Shown here piece by piece: positions 1 to 14,376 of a DNA stretch of 64,000 bases. Positions within the stretch are counted from its first letter, which is position 1. Every line of letters begins with the position of its first letter. Source of the stretch: Tubiluchus corallicola. Taxonomy: Eukaryota; Animalia; Priapulida. The stretch spans positions 124,001-188,000 of the forward strand of contig JAQGDQ010000316.1 in NCBI GenBank assembly GCA_030141605.1, written 5' to 3'. The translations under genes and the position numbers were made by a program. The notes below the pieces were generated by a model. The model was not told the DNA's origin and ran no database searches. It saw only the letters and a list, made by a program, of their open reading frames with translations.

Positions 1-3000
1 TTTTCAGAATATCCCATGCTGACCATGGGACCACCCGAATCACCCTAAAATGAACAGTACATTGTTACAATAAGAGGTAGTGAAACCAACTATAATTTAC
101 ACGAGTTTTAAGTCCCAAAGCTTACTTTAATATTGAGTAGTTTATAAAGATGGTTAAAGTTTGTTAACTGTAGATAAAAAAAACGATCACAATTTTTTCT
201 TCATAAGGATGTTTGTTTGTGTATAATTGTTCATTTTTTTCTAAAAATAAGTCTCTTAACCAGCTCTTGGTGTCTATTTTATTGACATATTTTATCCACA
301 AAATTAAAATGTGTTGAGCATTTCTACACTCTTTACTATTGGGAAGCAATTAAAGATAAATGGTTAGGCAACTTTCAAGCAATTGTTATTAAAAATAATG
401 TTTGAAAATTGCACTGAAAACGTGCACAAAAGTTCTGAAATTAGTGAAAGTGACAGCAGAATATAAAAAAATGCCTTTAAAAATATTTAAGCTAAAACAA
501 AATGTACAAGAATTAATTTACGCAGGTAAATAAATTACGTTATTTTTTATTCTTATCTTAACAGTAATCCTTTTTAAAAGCATGATTTATAACGTGTTGA
601 GCCTTTACTAATTTAAGACTCTGCATTAAAGTTTTGCCTTGTGTCTTTGGTACAAAATTAAGATATTAAAAAATTACTTTAAATAATTTTACCTTAATAT
701 ACCAAATTATTATTAAGGATAATATTTGCAAAACAGTAGTAATTCAAATTGTTCAAATGATAAATACAAAGGACAATTATATAATATCAAAAATAATTCA
801 GTTTAACCAATTGTATTTTAAAAGGACTTCTACTGGGAGACACTTCAAGGTCAATCAACAGTTCATTATTTGCAGAAAGAGATGTAGCTAGGAGAGTCAA
901 GTAACATGATCAATTTTGTCAAATAAAAAACAGTGTAGATTAACATGTAATGGTGTAAATATGTTACTAACAGTGCAAACTCCTGTCTCGTCCTGCAAGT
1001 TTCCAGCACAGATCATATTATCAGTGATTTTGTCAACTTCATGAAGTTTGCTCTTTAACAACTTGTAGCACAATTTATTTGGAACTACAAATACAACGGC
1101 TGTCTTAAGGATCTTTGACACAAGCCAACCAGTCCCATCTAGAAAGGTAAAAAAAACTCAGTTACACCAAGTTTTAGTTGTATTTTTGCAACATAAAGCA
1201 AGCGTGAAACAGAGTCTACGATCATCGCTTCTCTTGCTTTGTAAATAAGGTCATTATTGCATCATTAGCCAAAGTTAGTGATGCAAACTAACTACAATAA
1301 TCTTCTGGCTTAGTTAATTATTAAACCTTAATTCAGGGTATCAACACTGTTTACTATTCCATGTTTATTTACTTGTAAGTTGTTGAAAACTTTTCAAACT
1401 GACATTTACGCTTGTTAAAGAAGTTATATGTGTATCTATAAAAGCAACTTTCATTTTCATTGTCAATCAAGTTTTTTAGTAATATTCATCATTTTACAGC
1501 TTACCAGTATCTTCTGTAGTCCCGAATCCAGTCACCCTGACTTCTTGAAAATCATAACTTTCATCTGCAGGAGGTAAGTTTATTGTGCTTACTCTACTAT
1601 CTGACAAATTGACAGGAGAATCAAGTTGGATCAGAGCTATGTCATTATCAAAGCTAATATTTTGATTCCATTGAGGGTGGATAACCGTCCACAAAGCCTA
1701 GAGAGAGAACAATTATCAGACATTTAACAGAATCTAGTTAACGTTTCGAGGATGCTTACTGTCAAATGTGAAATGTCAATAATTGATGATTAATTATTAC
1801 AGAATGTCTGTTGAGTTCAATGTAAATACTGCACTATGTGGCTCAGTGGTGATGTATAGAATTTGAATATGGAAACGTTTGGTACAAGAAAGTTCGATAC
1901 TGGTAAATTTTTGTACAAGCAATATTGACAATAGGAAATCTTGGCACAGGTAAATTTGGTACTATCATTGTAGTACCTTAAGGTACAAGGTATTTTTGGT
2001 ACAAGGATTGGTTACTACTAAGAAATACTGGCGCAAGGAAGGTTTAGTACTAAGAAAATATGGTACGAGAAAAATTTTGTTCTAGGAAAGTTTGCTTCTA
2101 GAAAATTTAGTACTAAACAAAAAACAAAACATTTCTATATCTTAGCAAAGATAATTGTTTCAACTACGAAATAAAAAAGTTTATTCAGAATTAACAGAGT
2201 TGTTCAGCTAAAATTTTATCCATGATTATCACCTTCATATAGGTGCATTTGAGAATTCTTTGCGTATGTTTTCCATTACACTCTACCAGTGTTTTGCAAT
2301 CTTCTCTAGCACGTGACCCAAGAAATTTATTTGGGTCTAAGAAACAAGACAAAAGCAAGAAAGAATTTGGCATTGTTTCTGCACTGTTAAATTTTGAAAA
2401 ATATTTAGCAAGTCTATTATGTAAAAATAATGTTGTTTGGCGTGTGTATGCCCTTTTACCTTTCAAACAGTAACATGGCGCAAACAATCATATTTAAACA
2501 ACGATTTTTTCATACCTTCTTTTTTTGTGTGTAGCGTTCACGGGTATGTGCACCAAAATAAAGATCAATGTCGTATTTCTCTGCCCTATAACTTTAAATC
2601 GAAATTAGTTATAGTGAGGTGGGAAAAAATTTGCACATAGTGTGCAACACCCTACAATTCATTTCCATCCAAACAATAATCAGTTGAACTAGGCCTTAGT
2701 TTGGGTTTTAGTATTGCACATTACACATGTGCAGCTGAAAATCTACTGTTGTTTGTAGGGTACTTTCAATTCCCTTCCTTTCCCTCGTTTTATCCGAATT
2801 CTTCCTTTTACACTCTTTTAATGTGATCATATAAGAACTCTTCAACTTCATCTGTATTAAAGGCTCCAAAATGATGTCAAGTGTAACGTAAACTTTGCAT
2901 AATTTTTCAGGAATCAAATATGTTTTCATGTAATTGGCGATTGCTAACCGGAAGAAGAAAACTAATAACAAATAACTAAATGATTAACCAAATATAAACT

Positions 3001-4893
3001 TCCTAATGCATCCAAAATTAACACTACAGCCATTTTAGCAAACAAATATTATTTCTTCTAGCATTAAAACAAAATGAGTTGAATTGTAATATTAGTAGAT
3101 AATATTAATAATAATAGTAAATAATTATGCAAATGAGTGAAAAAATGGCCTCATAGGATAATCTTTCTTTTGTACTCATTAAAACTCAGATGCCATGTTT
3201 GCGTGAATTAAAACGATTAAAAAAATTACTTGACAAATATATTCAGGTGGCAATGATATTTGTGTAAACATTCAAACAGCCTCAGTGAAAAATCAAATGA
3301 TAAAGTAAACAAGGAACAGCTAAAGCTTTATCATTGTAAGCAACTGTAAGCATTGTTTCATAAACGAACAAGGTAACAATGAAAAAAAATAAAAGAAATT
3401 TGAGAAAATAATGAAAGCAAGTATCAGATCATAATTTTCCACAAAACCAGCGTAACTAATAAGTGTAAAAAATTCAATAATAATTAGTCGTGAGTAAGCG
3501 CCGGTTCAAACTAGTTGAATTCAGTTGGTCACACGCACAAACAAACAATCACTTACGGATATGGTACGAAGTCTATGCAGTGAGCAGCTGTGAGGACCCA
3601 TTCTGCATTGATAAGTGAGCCACCACAGTAAAGGGTGGATCCATTTCCATTGTTACGGACTTTGACCTAAATGAAAAAAATGTCAGATAAAATTTTTATC
3701 GTTAGGCTGGTGCAGTAGTTTGAACCAGAAAAAGAAATTCACCTCTTTAAATTATTATTTTTATCCTGAAAAGCCGAGAAAAATTGGCTTCATAAAGTGA
3801 TACAATCCACCAGTCAGGTGGGAAGTGTGCTTGCCGGTAAATAATGAAGATGAAGCTTCAAAAACTACACAGCCTAAATATTAACCTAAAACAGACCTTT
3901 TGCATTTTATTCGTGAGACATAATACAACTATGAAAAACACTTTAGATACATCGAAGCTTTCAAAAAAGCATCTGTTTTATTGCAATTCTCAGAAGATTT
4001 CTCAAAACAATAAAGCACAACAATTACAATTTTTTTCACATCTAACTAAAGTTAGACATCTTAAATGAATCATTTCGAAAAAATTATGATCCACCTCTAG
4101 TGATCTAAAACTATCTATGAAATATTAAATAAAAGCTAAATTACATAGTACGGGATGTCTCCTGGTCTTGTAGAATTTCCGTTGATAATGCTACCAGCAA
4201 TGGCAGCTCTACTGCTGAGGCGATTTTCTGAAAGATCAAAGAATATAATTTCCGGCAAAAAATATTTTTTATGTGGCTTGCATCACCAAAACATCTGCAC
4301 CGAGGTACAAATTGTACCAAACGTAACTTTAATGCTTTTTCATAAGTATTATTTGTAGTGAAATAAGGAGTGAAGTAAAATTCAGCGACTATACATCTAA
4401 TTGGCTTCTGACAAGCAACTGAGAAATTGTCAGCCTGTGGTAAATCAATACAGCTTTTAAATATTTATGTTAGTAATGAAATCATAAATCTTGTAACTGG
4501 TTAAGCTAAGGGTAAACTTAAATCATTTAATCTTTAGTCATAAATCATTTTATTGTACTACTGGTTTTTATACATTACTTTCTTTATAGAAGCCATTTAC
4601 AAGCGGCTTCTTTAATGAACTGAAAAACAAACCATTTAAATGGGAATAGCTATTATTTTTTTTAAAAATGTGCTTCTTATTACGGATCTTACTGTTTGTC
4701 AACTATTGAATCGTTGAAAACTTATTGTTTCTTTTAATGCATAAATTTTGTATTTGTGTTGATGTGAAATGAACAAAATAAATTTTGAAAAAAAGAAAAT
4801 CATACTCATTCCTTTTGGCCTGGGCCCAAGATTCCTATTTTCGGACAAATGAACGCTAACCAGCAACACTGCACATGTGACAATGATTTTCAT
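1..4893 (-). CDS. Secreted S1A serine protease A (chymotrypsin-like, Gly189), multi-exon, 3' end outside window
   Basis: Phase-consistent GT-AG exons (minus): 4893-4806 (signal [18 protein letters not shown]..), 4227-4145 (..[21 protein letters not shown]), 3666-3557 ([17 protein letters not shown], His57), 2585-2516 (YFGAHT), 1697-1505 ([13 protein letters not shown], Asp102; VTGFG), 1138-972 (MICAG..TGVCT), 44-<1 (GDSGGPMV, Ser195). The catalytic triad is intact. Confidence 0.93.
1870..2115. repeat. Degenerate ~18-19 bp tandem repeat (GGAAA-N-TTTGGTACAA-like) in an intron
   Basis: Recurrent ttggtacaag/aatttggtac/ttagtactaa motifs at roughly regular spacing. Confidence 0.55.
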
Positions 4894-5178
4894 CTTTGCT
4901 CCTTTTGCTGCTCCTAAAATAATCAATATTCACGTGTGTGATGAATTGAAAGTGCTGTAATCCAAAAAGGTTTTTTTGTTGTGTTGTAGTTTGGAATTTG
5001 AAATACTTTGTTTTCTCTTGAGATAAATGAAAGACTAAAATGTTATAAATAAAATGCCCAGTGCTCAAGCATCTATTTAGTCAAATTAGTTATTGCACAA
5101 ATGACACAAGTTTATGTAGACAAGTCTATTTGCCAAGCAAAACCTGCAGACACAAGAACAAACTGCATATGAACTTAC

Positions 5179-5248
5179 CTGATGTTCCTTTGCGATCTGG
5201 AATCTTCTCAATATATTTTCAGACCCTGAAATTTGACTTCCTTTTATA
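5179..5248 (-). promoter_or_regulatory. TATA box and short non-coding first exon of protease A
   Basis: TATAAAAG on minus at 5248-5241, and an AG|GTAAG donor at 5179/5178. The same arrangement is conserved upstream of paralogue B. Confidence 0.65.
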
Positions 5249-7568
5249 CTAAAATTCGACATCCGCTTTCAAAAAGTTATTGGCTTATATAAATTTTGTT
5301 ATTGCATTTGTTCTGAAGTCATAAATGCGAGAATTGTAAATGTTGCACTAATAAAATATTAATATTAACATGTCTGGCTCTTGACGGAGAGTTTGGTAAG
5401 CGAAAATTTACCAACTTTTCAAAGTTGTTACAGAAATTGCTGACAGCATAATGTTAATTGCTGACTGTTAGTTTGACTTAAAATCACCAGCCACTAAATC
5501 AATTCCATGGCTGGAGAATTGAATGACAAAGTCTGTCGTTAAAAATTCATTCAATGTTTTGTACTGTGTCACTTAGAGTTTCAGTTATGTCTTCATTTGT
5601 CTTTGATCGTCACTTAATGTCTTTGTCTTAAAAACTGATAAACCTGTGCAAGGTTCGACACCTGTGCAGGATCTAGTATCAGGAAATTATACATCTTTAG
5701 ATGATACTCGCTTGGCCTCACACCAGGGTGTGTTATTGCTCCATTTTCTTGGCTATCTATTTCTTGATTTTCGTTTAGATGGTGCTGTCAAACAGTAAGT
5801 CAGAAGTGATTAGTGCTCCCATTGATGTTTGCATAGCTACTTGTTATAATGAAACAAATCAGTGTTCGATGGATATTAAAGTATGCACCAGTTTACATTA
5901 ATAAATAAGATAATATTTATCTGAATGTCTTGAGTTTTGTAATCCTACTGTTTGACTGGCATAGTAACACCTCGAAACTTATTGGTTTATTGAATATGAT
6001 TGTCCAATATTTTGACGACCTAATCACAGCCATTCTCAAGAATACATTTTCATACTTAGGGTATTTGTTTATATATTCTCTCGTGTGCCCATTTATGATT
6101 ATTATGATACGTACTCTTTCGTGTTGATTTTTATGTCATTTTGTCATGGAATTCAATATTTTTATTTCTATGTTATTGTATTATCCTGTCATCGAGCTCT
6201 TGCCCCCAGGGTAATTCCAATTACTGCTGGACCAGAGCTGTCGGTGGACGAAAGGTTACCGTTCGAATGTTGCATTATGAAAAGCAAAATAGGCCACTAA
6301 TATGCTCCTAATACTGTATCGTTTCTGTTCTGGTTGTCATTTTTTCATCCCGGAAATTACTGCAAATTAAGATAACAATAGCGAACATATACAATGACGA
6401 CAGTAATGCTTAAACAATGGAAGTTAAATTTTCTGCATTTCAAGTAAGAGTTTCTAGTATAGTACAAAATGTCTAGACTTATTGATGCTTATCTATAGAC
6501 GTTTTTATTTATACATGAAAGTCGAAAGTGGCAAATTAAATTCTAACGATATTTATTTAAATCACGCCATAGTTTAATGTTACATTTATGTCCAAAGCAA
6601 CGTCAGCAGTATGGTAAATTCAGCAAACAGCAATGACGATATTGATGACAATGATGACAATTACCATAAAAGGAACCTCAAAGAAAAAAAAGCTGTTTCT
6701 ATATTATGACTGTGATTGTGACAATTTACGTAATCTAAGATCGTCTTTATGTTATTTACTCCTTACTGTAACATGCCATTCACCAGTAGAGAAACATTAT
6801 TTTCATTGTGGTAAGCAATCAGAAGTACCAGCTCTTTGAATCATTACCTGCCAATCTATTATCACCTGACAATTCACGTGACACCATCCTCAATTTCATT
6901 AACTATTTCTTTTCTGAGCTATCAAACTAGACATTATCGAACTCATTTAAAGATTTTGTTCTAAAAGTTTTGCATGGATTTTTATATCATTTAATATAAA
7001 TAAAATGAGTCTTGTGAATGAAGTGAATATTACAAAGTTAAATTTCTCTGGATATGTTATTTTTACTAATCACGTATTTTACTAGAAACTTGATGTTTTT
7101 GCAAACTGTTTATTTTACATTTACAATAAATTGCAATAATAAAAAGCATAACCCAATACCATAACATATATGTATGTGTACAAGAAATATATACCTAAAA
7201 CATAATTATTATAGAAAACCCAAGTTTTCAAATTTTCACAAAAAACCTAACTGTAGCAAAAATATGTAGCTAAGCATGATTTTATGATTATAAAAACTAA
7301 TGGAAGCTAAAATAGCCTTTCATACTGACATAAGATAACGGCCACAAAGTTTCATGATAAAGCTACGTTAGATAGTAATGAATACTTAACAAAGCAAAAA
7401 AATTAACAGTTACACACCACTGATAAAGACGTCACCTAGTGTTGGTTTGCACATCTATGCTGATACTGCTTAGGTATTTCTATTGGAATTTTGACAGTCA
7501 CAGGCCAAATGTGCTTTGTAAGATCTTTAATATCATATTAGTAAAATGTATAATATGGTGCAGTGAAA

Positions 7569-10500
7569 TTACAGTTCACAGTTATCATAACGATAACAAA
7601 TTTTATTAACTATCCATTGTTTGAATGATGAAACTCGGGTGTATATGCCTGGATCGCCATCCACCTGACATCCCTCAGGACCCCACGACGTGATACCAAC
7701 GAGCTCTTTAGTATCTTCTGTAACCATTGGGCCTCCCGAATCGCCCTAAAATAAAGCAGTTTTAATTTATATAAGCTTACTTTGATGTGAGGTACTCCAT
7801 GAGGACAGCTATGGCCGTAATTCATGAATGGAAGAATCAATAATCGCAATTTTGGGTTGCAAGAGTCACTTCAAAGGTAGTCACACAGTAGTCTAGTCTT
7901 TGCTAAACAATTACATTATATTTTACTACATTAAATGTTTTTGTAGGTTTGTAATACACAAAAAATGAGCTTTCAAACAAAATTATATAAATGTATCCAG
8001 TAGGACTAAGGAATTTATTAAATTTTATTAAATAAAAATACCACAAGCATTTTATTTAAATTAGCACAAGACAGATAAATTACGTAATTTTACTAACATC
8101 GCAGGTTCCGGTTTTGTCCTTCAAATTTCCAGCACAGATCGTGTTACCAGCGATGTCCCATTTATTAACTTTGTTCTTTAACTTTTTATAGCACTTTCTA
8201 TTGGGAACAACAAACACAACAACTGTTTTAAGGACCTCTGAATATGTCCCACCTAAAAAATTCATTAATATAAATATTTGGTACTATTCAGGTAAGAACT
8301 TGGTACACGAAAACTATTTCTTTCAAAATATGTTATCGTCATAATAATATTTGCAAGGCACTTTAAAATACATTTTCTTGACCAGAATTCGTTGTACATT
8401 ATTCACTTTTAAATTTATATGAGATCGCCATTTTTGTTACAATAAAGTAATGTCAAACAGCGTCTACATTCCAGGTTCATTGTATTAATAATAATGTAAT
8501 GATTAGTAGTTTCATAAACTTTGGTGATATTAATTTTCAAGCTTAATTACTGATTAATCTTCCACACGTTGTTTTTCAGTGAAACTTAATTTAAGTGTTT
8601 GTTTATTAAAAATGATAGAAAATTTTCCAAACTGACATCTTGATTGGATACTGAAGTAATATATCTAATTAACACACTCTCGATCTCATTTTCTTTGAGA
8701 ACTGAGTTTCTAATAACATTTAGTAATACTCTCCATTTTTATACTTACGGTAATAATCTATAGAACCAAATCCAGACACTCGAACCAGTTTATTATTATA
8801 GCGGTCATTTCCGGAAGGTAAGCTAACTGTGCCAACCCTGTAATCCGTCAAATCCACTGGAGGATCAAATCTTATCAGAGCTATGTCATATCGCGTACCT
8901 TTGTCAATATTCCAGCGAGTATGGATAATAACTTCAGAGGCCTTAACAGAATGTAAAATTATTTCATACATTTAATAGGATCCAATTAAAGTCCTAATAA
9001 TTAACATCATGAGAAGTTAGATACCTAAGTTTGAATTACATTTAAAGATATTCAAGGTACATTATCCTTCATGAAGTGAAAATGAAGTGAGAAAAAACAA
9101 CTTTTTTTCATACCTCCCTGAATTGTGTCCAATCTGTTTCATTGTATAAGCCGAAGAAGAGTTCAACATCATACGTCTTTCCCCTAAACATTTAAAATGA
9201 AATAGATTATAACTATGTGTGGCAAACATCTGCACGTAGTTGGCAACCCTGTCACTCCTATCTATGTTAAACAATATTCAATTGTACTACGCATATTACA
9301 CCTGTATAGCTAAAGATTCTGTTGTTATGCAAATTGTTCATATACAACTTCCAATTCCATCTGCATTTCTTTCCCTTATTTTTTTATTTCTTTCATTTGC
9401 TTTCCTTTCAGGTTGCGCATATCGAACTTTTGATCCTATCTGTGGTAAATGTTGTGCCATGATGTAGTAAATATCAGCATGATTTTTTAGCAATTAAATA
9501 CTGTTTTCGTGAATTTAATGAGTGTGCATGTAGTGCTGATCTGTTGATAATTTTAGATGTGCTGAAAAGAATGTGTGTTAGTTATTTCTTAGTAGATTGC
9601 TTTTACCACATTCATTTAGGTTAACTTACTAACTCAAAGTGTACACATTAAAGTGCAAATGAAGATATTATATACTACAACCTTATTATATTTATATTAT
9701 TTTTTCTTTTCTGATATGTTATATAATATGATATATATATATATTTATATTCTATATTCTATATAATATACGTATTAAAGCATATAAATATCATAAATTG
9801 TATCATATATTATTATATATTGTAATATTACTTAGGAAAGGAAAAAAATAAAAGCAGGAATAAAAATTAAACAACATATTACCTTTATTCTTACTTTAGT
9901 AGTAGACTTTGTAGACTTTAGTAGAACAAGAAAACTCTTCATTTACATGATGTTTAAAAACTTTGTCTTGAAATTTTATATCACTTACATACACTGACTT
10001 AAAAATTTAAACTCCAGCAATGACAGTTTTGCAGCCATTTTGATGTTTTATTTCAAATAAGTTTAGATAACACTGAGTGAAGTTTGAAAAAATAATCAGA
10101 GCATTCACAGAGCACACATGACTGACTAAGTAAAATATAAAATTACTGTATCTTGTCAATGAGATTAAAATACATTTTTTGGTTAGTAAGTGGTGCACCT
10201 TGGCGGGAAGTCCATGTCATTTTACCAATTCGTAAAAACATTTTAAAAAATAATAATTTTCTTTTGTAGTTACATAAAACTTTTATGCAGTTAAGCAAAA
10301 AGCTAACTAAAATAGATTTGCTTGGAAATAATTTTTGACAATTTTAAGGCATTTTAAAACATATATCATGTGGCCCTATTCTTCTCCTATAAGTTAAACG
10401 AATACGGAAACATCAAACTTCTAAGAGATAACTAATTAACATAGACTTGTCAACACAACTAACAAAACACTTACCAAAAACACTTATTATGAAACAAAAA

Positions 10501-12198
10501 GAGGTGAAGCAGGAAGATTATTAGCAAAGGAGTTTTGTCGGGCAGTTTTCATAAATTTGACACTAAAGATACTTTTGTCAGATCTTACCTTTTGTGTCTG
10601 ATAAGGTTTTATTTTGAGACTGAACCTGATGGATACTCAACAAAAATGACACACAACGTGTCTGTTACATAAAAAAGCGAAAGAAAAACAAAAACAACCA
10701 ACGAAGCAATGGAAATTTTCAGCAAATTATTCATAAAAATGTATAAAAATATAGATATAACTAATTAAGATAAAAACTAGGAAACAAACTACGTACTTTA
10801 CTGTATGAATGTACATACTAACAAGCGAACGATTTTAATGAATCGACTTACCTAAAGTATTTGTCGTCTATACAGTGGGCAGCTGTCAGAACCCATTCAG
10901 GGTGAATAAGCGAGCCACCACAAATATATATAGCAGACCAAACTTCGACCTAATTAGAAAAACGTCTGTAAAAAACCTATTTATTCGGCTGTATCAGTTT
11001 GTACACAGCTTTAATTATTGTTGTTATTATTATTGTTATATTTGCTATACCTCTGATATCTTCTATGCACACTTCAACACAAACTGTGAAGATCTCCCAT
11101 AGTGTAATTACTTGATAATATGATAACATCAGAAGCTGTTCAAGCTTTGAGCATTGGAAGCAAGAAGATTTAGACATAGAGACATTTAAACATCTTCAGT
11201 TTGAAAAAAAAACTTCCAGTTTTCCAGTTGTGAACACAAGTGACAGTGAAACATTTAAGTTTCAAAAACTCTAATTATTTGTGACGTTGTTTTTTTCAAA
11301 AAGGTTCACAGACGAGACACAATAATTAACGTTTTCTTTACATCGACCAAAGATTTTAAATATCAAATAACTATTTCAGACCAAACGTTTTTTCATTTTA
11401 TAAAATATCTAAAATATAAATAAAACAGAATTAGGTAATATGGGATTTCTCCTGGACTTGCATTATAGATGCATTTAAGCTTCGAAAACTCCTATTATTT
11501 GTTTAATTGTTTTTTTCAAAAAGGTTCACAGACAAGACACAATAATTAACTTTTTTTCTTCACATCGACTAAAGATTTTAAATATTAAATAACAATTTGA
11601 GAGCCAACTTTATTTAAGTTTGTAAAAAATAAAAAACATCTAAAACATATATATATAAAAAAGAATTACGAAATATGGGATTTGTCCTGGACTTGCATAA
11701 TTTCCATTTATAATGCTACCGGCAATTGCAGCTTTGCCATTGTTGCGAAGAGCTGAAAAACAAGTGAGATGACGACAAAGATATTCTCTTGCTTAGAGAG
11801 TAAAGAAATGTGGCATTAGTGACCAAGCTATGTGCACTTTTTAAGCCCTGTGGTGCCAGATGTATCAAACTTTAATACATTATTATTATTTGTAGGAATT
11901 CTAGAGTGCTATTACTTGTACTTGACACCAGACAAAAATCTGGGAGATTGTCAGCCTGTTTTAAATAAAACGTGGAAACTTAGTATTCGTATTAGTGATT
12001 ACATCATAAAGCTTGTAACTCGTTGTGCTAAGTGAAATCCTTTAATCATGAATCAGTTTACTGCATTACTGGTTTTATATTAGACTAGATATTACAAGCA
12101 TACGTACGCCTTCCTTTTGGCCTGGGCCCAAAACTCCTATTTTCGGACAGATGAACGCTAACCAACAACAACACTGCACAGGTGATAACGACTTTCAT
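7569..12198 (-). CDS. Secreted S1A serine protease B (chymotrypsin-like, Gly189), complete, ~288 aa
   Basis: Exons (minus): 12198-12108 (signal [19 protein letters not shown]..), 11752-11670 ([21 protein letters not shown]), 10949-10852 ([17 protein letters not shown]), 9183-9114 (ELFFGLYN), 8941-8749 (YDIALIRF; VSGFG), 8252-8098 (TICAG..TGTCD), 7745-7569 ([36 protein letters not shown]). Total 867 nt, in frame. Confidence 0.94.
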
Positions 12199-13111
12199 CT
12201 TGGCTCCTGGTTGCTGAGGCCTACTGTGAAAATAAACAATATTCATGCATCCTATGTTGAAAAAGATAGATTAAGGAGGGCGTGGCTGAAGATGGATTTT
12301 CTAAAAGATGAGACGCTTAAAAACCTCAAGTTTCAAACTGAGTAGTGAGTAAGTTTTATTTTTAAGCTTGACTTTTCAACTCACATAAATATGTGATTTT
12401 AAAGCCTATAAAACATTTTGAATTTAAGAGAACGCACTGCATTTTGGGTTTTCTTTGATTGAAAATGAAATGCATTTCCTACATTTCCTACATTGCCTAA
12501 TTTCAATTGCTTCAACTTTTACTAATTACATGACAAATCATGAAATGCTCATTACAATGGTAACTTAGATAAATACATTGCGCTCCAGGAATGGCATCGA
12601 TCCTACTTAGAAGAGAAAGGTAAACAATAACCAACACAAAACGCTCAAACGGCATTGCAAGATTATGTAACACTTCAATTTCTTGAGTACTCAGAACAGA
12701 AAATATCGTTGTTAATGAAGGCGCTTCAACGTTAAATTAACGACATAAAAAGCAAAATCATTGCATCTCAATGTGAACAGAAGAATGAATTTTTCTAGAA
12801 GGTTTTTAGATGATAGTTAACATTTTAACCGTAGAGATGAAAGCATTATCAAAATAAAAGACAAATTTGCCAAAATGCAATAAGCTTTTTTGTTGTTTTG
12901 TAGGTTGGAACTTGAAATACTTTGTTTTCTCTTGAGATAAAAAATGTTTAAAAGGTTTGAAATAAATGACCTGGTGTTTAAGCACCTGTGATGTTCAACT
13001 AGTCACTGCACAAATTATATTAGCTAATTTGTAGATACAACAATATTAGTAGATACGTTTGCTTATATAGTAAAATCTGCGTACATAAGAACGTTTTGCT
13101 TACAAACTTAC

Positions 13112-13182
13112 CCTAGGTTCCCTTACGACTTGGAATCTTCTCAAAATAACGCCAGGCTTCTGAATTTTGACTTCCTTTTATA
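13112..13182 (-). promoter_or_regulatory. TATA box and non-coding first exon of protease B
   Basis: TATAAAAG at 13182-13175 and a GG|GTAAG donor at 13112/13111. The region is homologous to 5179-5248. Confidence 0.65.
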
Positions 13183-14376
13183 CTAAAATATGACATCCGC
13201 TTTCAAAAGTTAATATCTTATATAAATTTTATTATTGCATTTCTGAAGTCATAAATGCAAAAATTACAAACGTAGCACTAATAAAATAATAACATTAATG
13301 TGTCTGGTTTTGTTTAGAAAGTTTAGTAAGCAAAAATTGAGTAAATAGGATTCAAAGTTGTTTCAGAAAATGCTGACAGCACAATATTAACTGCTGATTG
13401 ATTTAAAAGCACCAGGCAATGTGGCTGAGAAACTTAGAATGTCCAACATAGCTATTATAATAACCAGTTGTTCTTTGAAAATTCATTAATGTCTTGTACT
13501 GTATCACTAAACGTTTCAGTTGAGTATTTCACATCAATTCATAACTTGATGCCTTTGTTATGACAATAAAGATATATTGTGCAAGATCCAAAACGTGGAA
13601 TTCAAACATCTTTACTTGTTACCCAACTGGCTTTACACTAGGGTGTGACATTGCACCATTTACTTGTTTACCTATTTCTTGCTTTAGCTTCCAGGATTAT
13701 CGCTGTCAAACAGCAAGTCCAACTTGAGTACTGCTTTCATTGTTGCTTATGTAGCTTTAGTTACCTGTCTCTCACACTGACGACTAAATTGGTTATAGGG
13801 CAAGTGCTGGGAGGACTGAAGCAGGCTTCTCTTGTTTCGCGTTTAAACAATCACCAGCAACAACTGAACTCAAGCATTCACAATGTAGTACATATATTTA
13901 TAGATTTTACACAGACAAGACATGTAAGTAATTTAAATTTTAAAGCCAGTCGGAAAGTAGAATTTACGCATTCAAGGTATTTGATTTGATTGCATTTTGA
14001 TTCAGATGGTTGTTCTTGTTTTAAAGCGATTTTGCAATAACACATCATTTCGCATCTTTTGAATTCTTGAGTGAGTAAAAGTTTAAACACAAAAGAAGGT
14101 AAAGCTTGGCCCAGCAAGAGTTTTATTTGAGAATAAAGTTAGCTTACCAGACGAAGTAACAAAACACAATTTGGCATTTCCTCAATATATATAAATTTAA
14201 AACCCTACATGTCAGTATATAGTTAGACACGCGACATGTAACTTAATTTACCCTTGCACTAATGTTACCATCATCATTGTTGCTGTTGCTATTGTGGTTG
14301 TTATTCTTGTCATTGTTGACATCGAAGATGTCAATGCTAAATAAGATAATAATGTCGACGATGATAATAATGATGA

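Noticed and set aside
2234-2337. Possible extra exon of protease A (AG..GT-bounded open frame)
   Set aside because: Its phase is incompatible with the upstream exon, and the protease fold is complete without it.
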